A DNA stretch of 64,000 nucleotides. It comes from a virus. Below the pieces are notes generated by a model. That model did no database searches. It was not told where the DNA came from and saw only the letters and a list, made by a program, of their open reading frames with translations. The stretch lies in the IMG/VR virus record IMGVR_UViG_3300018080_005419, one strand, 5' to 3'. Positions 9,694-16,866 of this stretch are shown piece after piece. The first letter of the stretch is position 1. Every line of letters starts with the position of its first letter. The translations under genes were made by a program, and so were the position numbers.

Positions 9694-9977
9694 TGTCTAC
9701 AGAAAAACTAAAAAGATTAGAAGCTCAAGCTAACCAACATTTGAAGAAAATTGAGTGGATGGAAAAGAAACATATGCCAGAAAGAGCAATTGAAAAAGAA
9801 AGAGATCTATTAGCCGATATAGATGTAGAAATTGCTCTAGAAGTACATTTAAATCCTCCTGACGACACTCCAGAAGAACAACTAAAGAAGAGCATTAAAA
9901 AGGTAGCTAATGATTTGAAAACACTGTCAAACTTCAATAAATTAGGAAGGGCTCTTAGAAACCTCTTTGATCAATAA
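9693..9977 (+). CDS. Hypothetical protein
   Basis: Coupled ORF (TAATG). Confidence 0.65.
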   Translation: MSTEKLKRLEAQANQHLKKIEWMEKKHMPERAIEKERDLLADIDVEIALEVHLNPPDDTPEEQLKKSIKKVANDLKTLSNFNKLGRALRNLFDQ

Positions 9978-9991
9978 AAAGGAGAAGAGTA

Positions 9992-10171
9992 ATGAAGAAT
10001 GTTGAAATGAATGTGGACGGAGATGAATTAACTATTAAAATCGATTTATCTCAGGATTTCGGACCTTCAAAATCTGGCAAAACCATTATCGTAGCATCAA
10101 CAGAAGGAAATATTGCTATTCCAGAAACAGAAATGAAAATTGGAATGAACATATTTAAGCCCAAGAAATAA
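9992..10171 (+). CDS. Small beta-rich protein MKNVEMNVDGDELTIKIDLSQDFGPSKSGKTIIVASTEGN... (59 aa, absent from ORF track)
   Basis: AAGGAG RBS, ATG 9992, TAA 10171; resembles a small protein type I recall from bacteria and phages. Confidence 0.75.
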   Translation: MKNVEMNVDGDELTIKIDLSQDFGPSKSGKTIIVASTEGNIAIPETEMKIGMNIFKPKK

Positions 10172-10184
10172 AGGAGATTTATAT

Positions 10185-10322
10185 ATGATTTCCACTCGAA
10201 GAAAAAAGCTCAAGAGAAAGTCAAGAAGAAATCGCAAAGACAAAGAAAAACAATTAAAGAACAAAGAAGCAAGATCGGCCAAACGAAAAGCATACAATCT
10301 AAAATATAAATCTAAGAAATAA
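10185..10322 (+). CDS. Very basic 45-aa peptide (MISTRRKKLKRKSRR...)
   Basis: AAGGAG RBS; roughly half K/R; absent from ORF track. Confidence 0.6.
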   Translation: MISTRRKKLKRKSRRNRKDKEKQLKNKEARSAKRKAYNLKYKSKK

Positions 10323-10354
10323 AAGAAGATATATTATTTTTGAATTAAATTGAA

Positions 10355-10383
10355 TAACATCCTCTTTAGATAGGAGGATGTTA
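10355..10383 (+). promoter_or_regulatory. Hairpin sequestering the RBS of the DEDDh exonuclease gene
   Basis: TAACATCCTC/GAGGATGTTA 10-bp stem; the AGGAGG at 10372-10377 lies largely within the 3' arm. Confidence 0.6.
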
Positions 10384-10388
10384 AGAAA

Positions 10389-11228
10389 ATGCCTAGTCGT
10401 ATATATAGAATAGCCAAAAGACTTATTGTTTCGGCAGCATTAACCGGCATTACAGATCCACGCCAATTATTTGAAGAACTGTCAGGAAGCGATATAGTAT
10501 TCTTTGATGTAGAAACAACAGGTTTAGATCAACACGAAAAACAAATAATCGAAATTGCAGCTATTCGTGTAGATGGTAGTACATTAAGAGAAAAAGACAA
10601 GTTACATAAAAAGATAAAGCTCACCCAAAAAACTCTAAAACAAATTCAAGAACAAAAAGAAAATCCCTCAACTCTCAAAAAAGGAGAATGGGGCGTAGAA
10701 AAAGTATTAGAATATACCAGATATAATAAGCTGAATCTACCCGAAGAAGAAGAAATAAAAGTCCTAGAGGAATTTAAGGAGTTCTGTGAAAAAAGCAATG
10801 CATATTTAGTGGCACATAATGCTAAATTTGATTTAAAAATGATAGGAACAAGAATCGGTAAAATTAAGAACCTCAAAGTCTATGATACAATGATGTTTGC
10901 CCGATTTTTCTTCATTCCTTCTTTAACTGCGCTATCAAAAGCAGGAGACGAAGAAGCCACCGATCTTCTTGAGAAAATGAAAACGTCAAAAGGAAAAGTG
11001 AGTTCTGGGCTTGTTTATTTAGGAAAAGGGTTAGGCATAGATGTTTCACAAGCCCATAGTGCTTTAGCCGATGTACAAACTACTATCAAGGTTTTTAAGG
11101 GAATTGTCGATCATTTTGAAAATAAGGCAGAGAGTTTAGAATCAGAAGAATATGAGAAGGGGAGACAAAAAGCAATTATGAAAGAAAGGTTCTACAAACA
11201 ATTAGATAAGAAGAAAAAGAAGCGTTAG
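10389..11228 (+). CDS. DEDDh 3'-5' exonuclease (DnaQ-like) with RIA-type leader
   Basis: FFDVETTG, AHNAKFD, HSALAD motifs; N-terminus RIYRIAKRLIVSAA. Confidence 0.9.
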   Translation: MPSRIYRIAKRLIVSAALTGITDPRQLFEELSGSDIVFFDVETTGLDQHEKQIIEIAAIRVDGSTLREKDKLHKKIKLTQKTLKQIQEQKENPSTLKKGEWGVEKVLEYTRYNKLNLPEEEEIKVLEEFKEFCEKSNAYLVAHNAKFDLKMIGTRIGKIKNLKVYDTMMFARFFFIPSLTALSKAGDEEATDLLEKMKTSKGKVSSGLVYLGKGLGIDVSQAHSALADVQTTIKVFKGIVDHFENKAESLESEEYEKGRQKAIMKERFYKQLDKKKKKR

Positions 11229-11638
11229 TATTTTGACTCGTACACTTTTTCAACAATCATTACTGGAATTTTATCTGCCCCGAGAGCTTTTGCTGCTGTT
11301 GCTCTATGATGTCCTTCTTGTCCTTTTCTGGCATAATCCAAATAAAGCATTGGAAATCTGTCGCCATTTTGCATATCTTCTATGTATTTTTGAACTAATT
11401 TTTGATCAAGTCTGTGCTCCATGCTTTGAGGATTAGATCCAAAAAGATCTTGAACCTTTTGTATATAATCATCGGGGCTCATCCATTCAATTTTAAATTT
11501 TCTATTCTTTTTGTCTTTGAAATATTCTGGCAGTTTCATCATATCGTCATAGTCAGTTTGATTGGTCGTATCTGTTTTCCAATTGATTTTTGTTGTACTA
11601 CTAATTAAAAGATTAGCAATTCTAAGCGTTCTTCTCAT
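11225..11638 (-). CDS. ParB/sulfiredoxin-like solo domain with RIA-type leader
   Basis: KYIEDMQNGDRFPMLYL...QEGHHRATAAKALG..IPVMIV. Confidence 0.7.
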   Translation of the reverse strand: MRRTLRIANLLISSTTKINWKTDTTNQTDYDDMMKLPEYFKDKKNRKFKIEWMSPDDYIQKVQDLFGSNPQSMEHRLDQKLVQKYIEDMQNGDRFPMLYLDYARKGQEGHHRATAAKALGADKIPVMIVEKVYESKY

Positions 11639-11641
11639 ATT

Positions 11642-13267
11642 TTATTCCACAGGCACAGATTCAATCCCACCTTCCTTAACCATCTCATAGAACTTCCTTT
11701 TTCCTGCCAATCCTGAAAATAGCTTTCTATTAATATCGATAGGATGCATATAGGCCGTTCCTAATTTGTCTAAAGCATGCATAAATTCATCTTCATTTTG
11801 AGCTTCTTCTACAAGTTCAGCAAGCTTTTTCAGAGATGCTTCTAGTTTGCTTGTTTTAGGAGCTTTTGGATTTGATGGTTCTAAAAAACTTTGAGAACTA
11901 GGAGCACTAACATCTCTTTCCATGATTTTTTGCATAGCTTTAGAGACATCGATTGTAGGTGTACTTATTTTAATACGTTTTCCTGTTAAATCAGCTAAAT
12001 ATTGAATTGCTTTATCTACACTGGAAAATAGAACTTGTTGACCGTAATGCTCTTTTAGCTCTTTGAAATATTTAGGATAAGATTTTTCAAGATATTTGAG
12101 TCTTTTCTTGCTTAACTTTCCTAATGTGCCCTTTTGAAGCATTGTATTATGATATATAGTTCTTTCAATGTCGTCGCCTAAAAGAAATTGAATATCCTTC
12201 CAGGGAGTGTTGTTTGCTACTCTTTCAACATTAATATAAATGCTCCAAGATCCATCATAATCTTGTTCCCATTCCCAATATAAGCTGTTATCTTCAGCTA
12301 CTTCTTCAAAAAGCTCGAAAAGATCTTTTGCGCCTATATCTCCTATATCTAATTCTTCATCATACCCTTCTTGCATATCTTCTACTTTATCTTCAAACTT
12401 ATTCTCAAGCGCTTTAACATAATCATCCTGTGCCCAACTATCCCATGCATCTCTCTCATAATCTCTTTGTTGTTCATAAGGAGGCTCATTACTTCTATAA
12501 TTTTCATATGCATTAGATCTTTCAAATGCTCTCTCTAAATCTAACTTTTCTATTAAAGGCATTAGTTCGTCTATTTCATCGGCTTCTATAGGATCATTTG
12601 TGACATTATTAAACATTTCATCACTAGGACTAAATAGAGCATAATAGCTTCTATTTGGTTTTGTGAACAGCCATAGGGGTTTATAGCCTTCATAATTATC
12701 TTGTTCATTTACACACCATTTAGTTTGATGTGCGAATAATGGTTGTCCCTCTTCTTCCCAACTTCCATCAATTAAATAAGCGTGATATCCATTTAAAACC
12801 AAGTCGGGAGTTTTAAGTATTTGTTCTCTCTTATCGTTTGCCAATTCTTCTTCTGTGTCTTCAATAAAGCTAATGAGATCTGCACCCTTTTGGAAATCCT
12901 TTAACTTTTTAGATGTTTTGCCTTTTCCTCTTAGATTGTTTAGCTTTCTTATTGCATCTTTAATTTCTTCTTTTCTATAAACATTAGACATATATGGAGG
13001 ATTATCAAAATACCACTCTAAAAGAATATGAATAGATTTAACACTCTTCTTTAAATTGCCATCAAATTTTGGATCTATACGAGCAATTTCAACGATTTCT
13101 TGTTGTACTCTATGATCTTCCCAATTTTTAGATATACTCACGCGCTTTCTAAATCTTTCTACTAATTCAGGCATTAGGTCTTCAAGAGATTTAGCAATAA
13201 GAATCCGGCTACCTGTTAAATTAGCTAGATATTGAAAAGCCAAATTAGCATTGGAAAATTTTAGCAT
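11642..13267 (-). CDS. Large acidic protein with N-terminal and internal leader modules and a 'KWCV' domain
   Basis: MLKFSNANLAFQYLANLTGSRILIA; internal LFSSVDKAIQYLADLTGKRIKIS; TKWCV...LWLFTK...YYALF. Confidence 0.85.
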   Translation of the reverse strand: MLKFSNANLAFQYLANLTGSRILIAKSLEDLMPELVERFRKRVSISKNWEDHRVQQEIVEIARIDPKFDGNLKKSVKSIHILLEWYFDNPPYMSNVYRKEEIKDAIRKLNNLRGKGKTSKKLKDFQKGADLISFIEDTEEELANDKREQILKTPDLVLNGYHAYLIDGSWEEEGQPLFAHQTKWCVNEQDNYEGYKPLWLFTKPNRSYYALFSPSDEMFNNVTNDPIEADEIDELMPLIEKLDLERAFERSNAYENYRSNEPPYEQQRDYERDAWDSWAQDDYVKALENKFEDKVEDMQEGYDEELDIGDIGAKDLFELFEEVAEDNSLYWEWEQDYDGSWSIYINVERVANNTPWKDIQFLLGDDIERTIYHNTMLQKGTLGKLSKKRLKYLEKSYPKYFKELKEHYGQQVLFSSVDKAIQYLADLTGKRIKISTPTIDVSKAMQKIMERDVSAPSSQSFLEPSNPKAPKTSKLEASLKKLAELVEEAQNEDEFMHALDKLGTAYMHPIDINRKLFSGLAGKRKFYEMVKEGGIESVPVE

Positions 13268-13725
13268 TATTCTTCCTCGTCTGGATCTGGAGCTAAATTT
13301 TTTCCAGCTTTAATTGAATCGAAAATAATCTTACCTTCTTCAGGAGACTCACCTTTAGGATGGAAGCTAAGGGTTTTCTCTTCTCCACGTTCAAAAAATG
13401 CTCTGTCGTGAATTGGGTCTACTGTACTGTACCAAACGCCTTCATGAAATTGACTGCTTGATGGTTCTGCTGCACCTTCTTTCAACATATAATCAATCAT
13501 CTCATATAAAGAATCAAATTCCATATCTTTATGCTCAAATCCAGTTTCGGCATAATCTCCTGCTCTTGCTGATTCTTCAGTTACAATCTGATATGTGACA
13601 TCAAGTTTAAAATCTTGGAAAAGAGTCTGCTGTCCATCGTATGCAGCAATAATAACTTTCTTACCCGTCATATCAGAAAGGTGTTGAATTGCTTCTTGTT
13701 CACTGCTAAAATTGAGTTCACGCAT
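13267..13725 (-). CDS. Leader-module acidic protein
   Basis: LNFSSEQEAIQHLSDMTGKKVIIAA; AAGGAG RBS. Confidence 0.85.
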   Translation of the reverse strand: MRELNFSSEQEAIQHLSDMTGKKVIIAAYDGQQTLFQDFKLDVTYQIVTEESARAGDYAETGFEHKDMEFDSLYEMIDYMLKEGAAEPSSSQFHEGVWYSTVDPIHDRAFFERGEEKTLSFHPKGESPEEGKIIFDSIKAGKNLAPDPDEEE

Positions 13726-13863
13726 TGTTTAATCTCCTTATTTGCCTTCTACACAATATACTCCAAATATTCAAAAATATTAAAATACATATAACTACTT
13801 AGAAATAAAACAATTAAATATTTTTAAAAAGATATGAAATTTTTGGAGGGAGTTTTGTTTATA

Positions 13864-14043
13864 TTATTTAGAAAGGATCTCGATAGGATATGTTTTTAAG
13901 AGGCAAACTGTACAAATAGTTCCGTCTTCGCACATTTGGTCGAAAATTTCGTTGATCTTTTTCTTTGTTAATCTTTTGCAATCAAGAGGGATTGTTTCTT
14001 TGTGTCCGCATTGAAGTTTGAAAGTTATTGATTTCTGTGCCAT
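13864..14043 (-). CDS. Small Cys-containing protein MAQKSITFKLQCGHKE...CTVC (59 aa, absent from ORF track)
   Basis: ATG 14043, TAA 13864-13866, AGAAAGAGAG upstream; CGH...CxxC suggests zinc binding. Confidence 0.55.
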   Translation of the reverse strand: MAQKSITFKLQCGHKETIPLDCKRLTKKKINEIFDQMCEDGTICTVCLLKTYPIEILSK

Positions 14044-14046
14044 AAT
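14018..14046 (+). promoter_or_regulatory. Possible sigma70 promoter for the tRNA
   Basis: TTGAAA-17 bp-CATAAT about 30 nt upstream of the tRNA; overlaps the start of the antisense small ORF. Confidence 0.4.
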
Positions 14047-14076
14047 AGGTTAAACTCTCTTTCTAAAAAGATAAAA

Positions 14077-14148
14077 GCGCCCGTCGTCCAATGGTTAGGG
14101 CTCAGATCTCTAAAATCTGTTATAGGAGTTCGATTCTCCTCGGGCGCA
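14077..14148 (+). tRNA. Amber suppressor tRNA (anticodon CUA), Glu-like scaffold
   Basis: Complete cloverleaf: acceptor GCGCCCG/CGGGCGC, D arm GTCC-AATGGTTA-GGGC, anticodon arm CAGAT-CTCTAAA-ATCTG (CTA at 14110-14112), 4-nt variable loop, T arm AGGAG-TTCGATT-CTCCT, discriminator A; followed by CTA, not CCA. Confidence 0.92.
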
Positions 14149-14188
14149 CTAATATTATCAAAGAATCAAACTTTTTCAAATAGTTTTC

Positions 14189-14217
14189 TTGACAAACGAA
14201 GGAATATAGAGCATAAT
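14189..14217 (+). promoter_or_regulatory. Sigma70-type promoter of the Pth operon
   Basis: TTGACA-17 bp-CATAAT; predicted TSS ~14224-14225 coincides with the start of a structured RNA. Confidence 0.75.
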
Positions 14218-14224
14218 AGACAAT

Positions 14225-14323
14225 ACTTGCAACTGGCTTGAATGGTAGATACGGAAGCCATAGGATATGTGACCCCGTACTATATTCTGAAAAGAACGAA
14301 TCAAGGTCATCCCCAGTGCAAGT
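14225..14323 (+). ncRNA. Structured 5' leader RNA / candidate ncRNA
   Basis: Nested stems ACTTGCA.CTGG/CCAGTGCAAGT, CTTGA/TCAAG, GTAG.TACGG/CCGTACTAT and a TTCT-GAAA-AGAA tetraloop hairpin. Confidence 0.55.
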
Positions 14324-14342
14324 GTTCAGAAAAGGAAAAGAA

Positions 14343-14669
14343 ATGACCTAGGTAAAACACTGGAACTATATTCTCCTCCGTACTGATCTTCCAATAGATC
14401 AACAAATCGTCCAATCCGCCCATGCAGCTTATGAGGCGGCTTTATATTTGGACCAACCTCGCTCTCCTGTTAATTCCTTGGTTATTTGTGCTGTGCCTAA
14501 TGAAAACGCTCTGCTAAAAGAGTATGAGCGTTTGGCATCCTATAATATCGATTCAATTCTATTTCAAGAGCCAGATAGAAACAATGAAGCAACGGCATTT
14601 TGCACAGAGCCGATTTCTAAAAAGAAGAGGAAGTTATTTTCAAAATGGAAACTTTGGAAGGAGAAATGA
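14343..14669 (+). CDS. Peptidyl-tRNA hydrolase 2 (PTRHD1-like) protein with in-frame TAG at codon 3
   Basis: AAGGA RBS 6 nt before ATG; ATG ACC TAG GTA ...YILLRTDL...QIVQSAHAA...FQEPD...TAFCTEP; the conserved N-terminal motifs lie upstream of the ORF-track start at 14448. Confidence 0.8.
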
Positions 14670-14670
14670 A

Positions 14671-14778
14671 ATGCGTTAGGCAAAAGCTCGTGGACCTCCT
14701 TTTTGGATTTCAGAAATGGCTTTAGGGCTAGTTTGTAGCAAGTTTAATTTAAGTACTTTGTTAATCTTAAACTTGTAA
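14671..14778 (+). CDS. Putative leader/arrest peptide MR*AKARGPPFW... with TAG at codon 3
   Basis: AAGGAG RBS 7 nt before ATG 14671; ATG CGT TAG GCA AAA GCT CGT GGA CCT CCT; open to TAA at 14778. Confidence 0.5.
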
Positions 14779-14842
14779 TAATTCTTAAAAACAGTTTTGT
14801 CAGAAAAAGATATACAAATTTCTGTCAAAAAGGAGAATCAAA

Positions 14843-15139
14843 ATGACTGCTATTGAGACGAAAAATGAAGTTCGCAAAGAGATTTTAGAAACAAAGGAAA
14901 AGATCAAGGCATTAGCTGCAATTCAAAAAGAAGAAAAACAACTTTTAAGAATGCCACATAATAAAATTCCAACAATAGATATTAAACTTCGTAGTGGAAA
15001 TGTTTATCAATGTGGCGGAATTGATCGTGCAGGTCGTTTAATGAGTATAACCAGAGAAAGAGCATATAAGATTACCAAACTCCATATTAAATATAATCGT
15101 ATGCGAGGAAAGCCAACAGATATGCATGAGTACAAATAA
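14843..15139 (+). CDS. Hypothetical protein (KEKIKALA...YNRMRGK type)
   Basis: AAGGAG RBS; basic helical protein downstream of the RGPP ORF. Confidence 0.75.
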   Translation: MTAIETKNEVRKEILETKEKIKALAAIQKEEKQLLRMPHNKIPTIDIKLRSGNVYQCGGIDRAGRLMSITRERAYKITKLHIKYNRMRGKPTDMHEYK

Positions 15140-15150
15140 GGAGAAAAATA

Positions 15151-15549
15151 ATGGACATCGAACAAGAAGATATTGAGAAGTTTTTTGAAATTTATGAAGA
15201 CGTAAAACAAAAGATTGATGATATTGGGAACCTTATTAAATTTGGGAAAAAGAATGACTGGAGTTTAGAGGATTTCGAAGAGCACGGAGGAAATGTTAAA
15301 GCCTTCTTTGAGTATTGGCCCTCTTGTGGTTGTTGCGGCCCTGAACGTTGCTCTGTAGAAATTCCTATGCATTTGCTTTGGAATGAAAATGGCGAAGAAA
15401 AAGCACTTGAGTTAGGGAAAAGAAACCGCTTTATTGCCAAACAAGAAAAAATCAAGAAAGAGCGAAAAGAGAAATTAGAAAACAAAAAGAGAAACAAAGA
15501 AAAAGAACTGGCTGAATACAAAAGATTAAAAGAAAAGTTTGAAAATTGA
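15151..15549 (+). CDS. Hypothetical protein
   Basis: AAGGAG RBS; CGCC motif; coiled-coil C-terminus. Confidence 0.75.
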   Translation: MDIEQEDIEKFFEIYEDVKQKIDDIGNLIKFGKKNDWSLEDFEEHGGNVKAFFEYWPSCGCCGPERCSVEIPMHLLWNENGEEKALELGKRNRFIAKQEKIKKERKEKLENKKRNKEKELAEYKRLKEKFEN

Positions 15550-15688
15550 TGTAAATATCTTAAACACAATGACGTTATGGGGTCAGAACTAAAAATCTGG
15601 CCCTATATTTTTTAAAAAGTTCAATCAAATCTCTCTAAATAGAATATAATATATTGTTGATTGTTTGTTTAAAAGAAAGTATATAACA

Positions 15689-15970
15689 ATGCCAGAGATA
15701 GAGTTTGAAGCAAAACCCAGTGGAGATATGGAGTGCTTTTGCTGGGATGTTACAGAAGAAGAGTACAAAAGAGTTGTCGGAAAAGATGACTATCAATTTG
15801 AAAAAGAATACAGAGAAGAAAGCCATCATGAAGAATATTTAAGAGAATCAGGATTGCCACCTTCTCCTTGGTTTCTTTATCCTGGACATATATTGAGAGC
15901 TATGGGTTTCGATCCAAGCAAAAGTGAAAGTCTAAGAGTGAAAATGATTGTAGAAAAAATTGAAGCCTAA
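15689..15970 (+). CDS. Hypothetical acidic protein
   Basis: ATG 15689 (ORF track starts at 15665). Confidence 0.7.
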   Translation: MPEIEFEAKPSGDMECFCWDVTEEEYKRVVGKDDYQFEKEYREESHHEEYLRESGLPPSPWFLYPGHILRAMGFDPSKSESLRVKMIVEKIEA

Positions 15971-15975
15971 ATAAA

Positions 15976-16416
15976 ATGCCAAGAAATATAATCCGATTTT
16001 ATAGACACACTCAGCCTTGTTTTTGCTTTTCGAACTTTTTTAAGTTTCCAATAGTTCTTAAAGATAAAATATGGCCTACTTCGGAACACTATTATCAAGC
16101 CCAAAAATTCACAAATACTGAATATGAAGAAAAGATCAGGCTTCTCAAAACACCAAAACAAGCAGCAAATATGGGCAGAGACAGATCCCTTCCTCTAAGA
16201 AAAGATTGGGAAGAAGTTAAAAATGAAATTATGTACGAAGCTTTAACGGCCAAATTTTCCCAATCAAAAGAATTAAAATCTATTCTTCTAGCAACAGGAA
16301 ATGCAATATTGATAGAAGACTCGCCTAAAGACTATTATTGGGGATGCGGAAAAGATAATACAGGAAAGAATATGCTTGGGAGATTGTTGATGAAAATTCG
16401 CAAACAAATGAGGTAA
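15976..16416 (+). CDS. NADAR (YbiA-like) family protein
   Basis: FSNFF...WPTSEHYYQAQKF...A.MGR...RKDWE.VK..IM...L.AKF...LL.TG...LIEDSP.DYYWG.G...G.N.LGR.LM.IR. Confidence 0.95.
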   Translation: MPRNIIRFYRHTQPCFCFSNFFKFPIVLKDKIWPTSEHYYQAQKFTNTEYEEKIRLLKTPKQAANMGRDRSLPLRKDWEEVKNEIMYEALTAKFSQSKELKSILLATGNAILIEDSPKDYYWGCGKDNTGKNMLGRLLMKIRKQMR

Positions 16417-16424
16417 CAAGTAAA

Positions 16425-16646
16425 ATGTTTAATATTAACAAAAACAAGAGAGATGGGATATTAATTTTCGTACTCGTTTTTGCATTTATTGTGATGGTTT
16501 TATTTTGCATTCATCACATAATAATATATCGCGAAAATGTAGCCAATCAAAAGAAAGTACAAGAATTAGAAATGGAACAAATGAGAATTAAATTACAACA
16601 ATTACAAGAGAAAAAATGTACCGAAACCCAGAGTAGAGAAGAGTAG
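16425..16646 (+). CDS. Single-pass membrane protein with coiled coil
   Basis: One hydrophobic segment followed by a Q/E-rich helix. Confidence 0.7.
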   Translation: MFNINKNKRDGILIFVLVFAFIVMVLFCIHHIIIYRENVANQKKVQELEMEQMRIKLQQLQEKKCTETQSREE

Positions 16647-16710
16647 TAGGATGAGAATGGAATGCAACGGTTTTATTTAGTTTTTAAAAGAGAAAGGCAA
16701 CAGAAGTAAA

Positions 16711-16866
16711 ATGGGTAAGACAAGAAGACATGACGAATTTTTGGAAGATGATTTTGATAACAACAGAAAAAACAAGAAAAAGAAAAATCAAACAATAAGA
16801 GAAAACAGAAAAAAAGCAAGGGAAAGAAGAGAAAGGGGTGACTATGCAACAATCTTAGAACAATGA
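16711..16866 (+). CDS. Small basic protein MGKTRRHDEF... (51 aa, absent from ORF track)
   Basis: ATG 16711, TGA 16864-16866; K/R-rich. Confidence 0.55.
   Translation: MGKTRRHDEFLEDDFDNNRKNKKKKNQTIRENRKKARERRERGDYATILEQ

Noticed and set aside
14077-14148. tRNA-Pyl interpretation of the CUA tRNA
   Set aside because: It has a standard 5-bp anticodon stem, D-loop GG and TTC T-loop, whereas tRNA-Pyl lacks these; no pyl genes are in the window.
16651-16710. ATG...TAG in frame with the 16711 ORF as another amber-gated gene
   Set aside because: TAG is at codon 10, the extension shows no recognisable features, and ATG 16711 has its own purine-rich RBS; likely chance.
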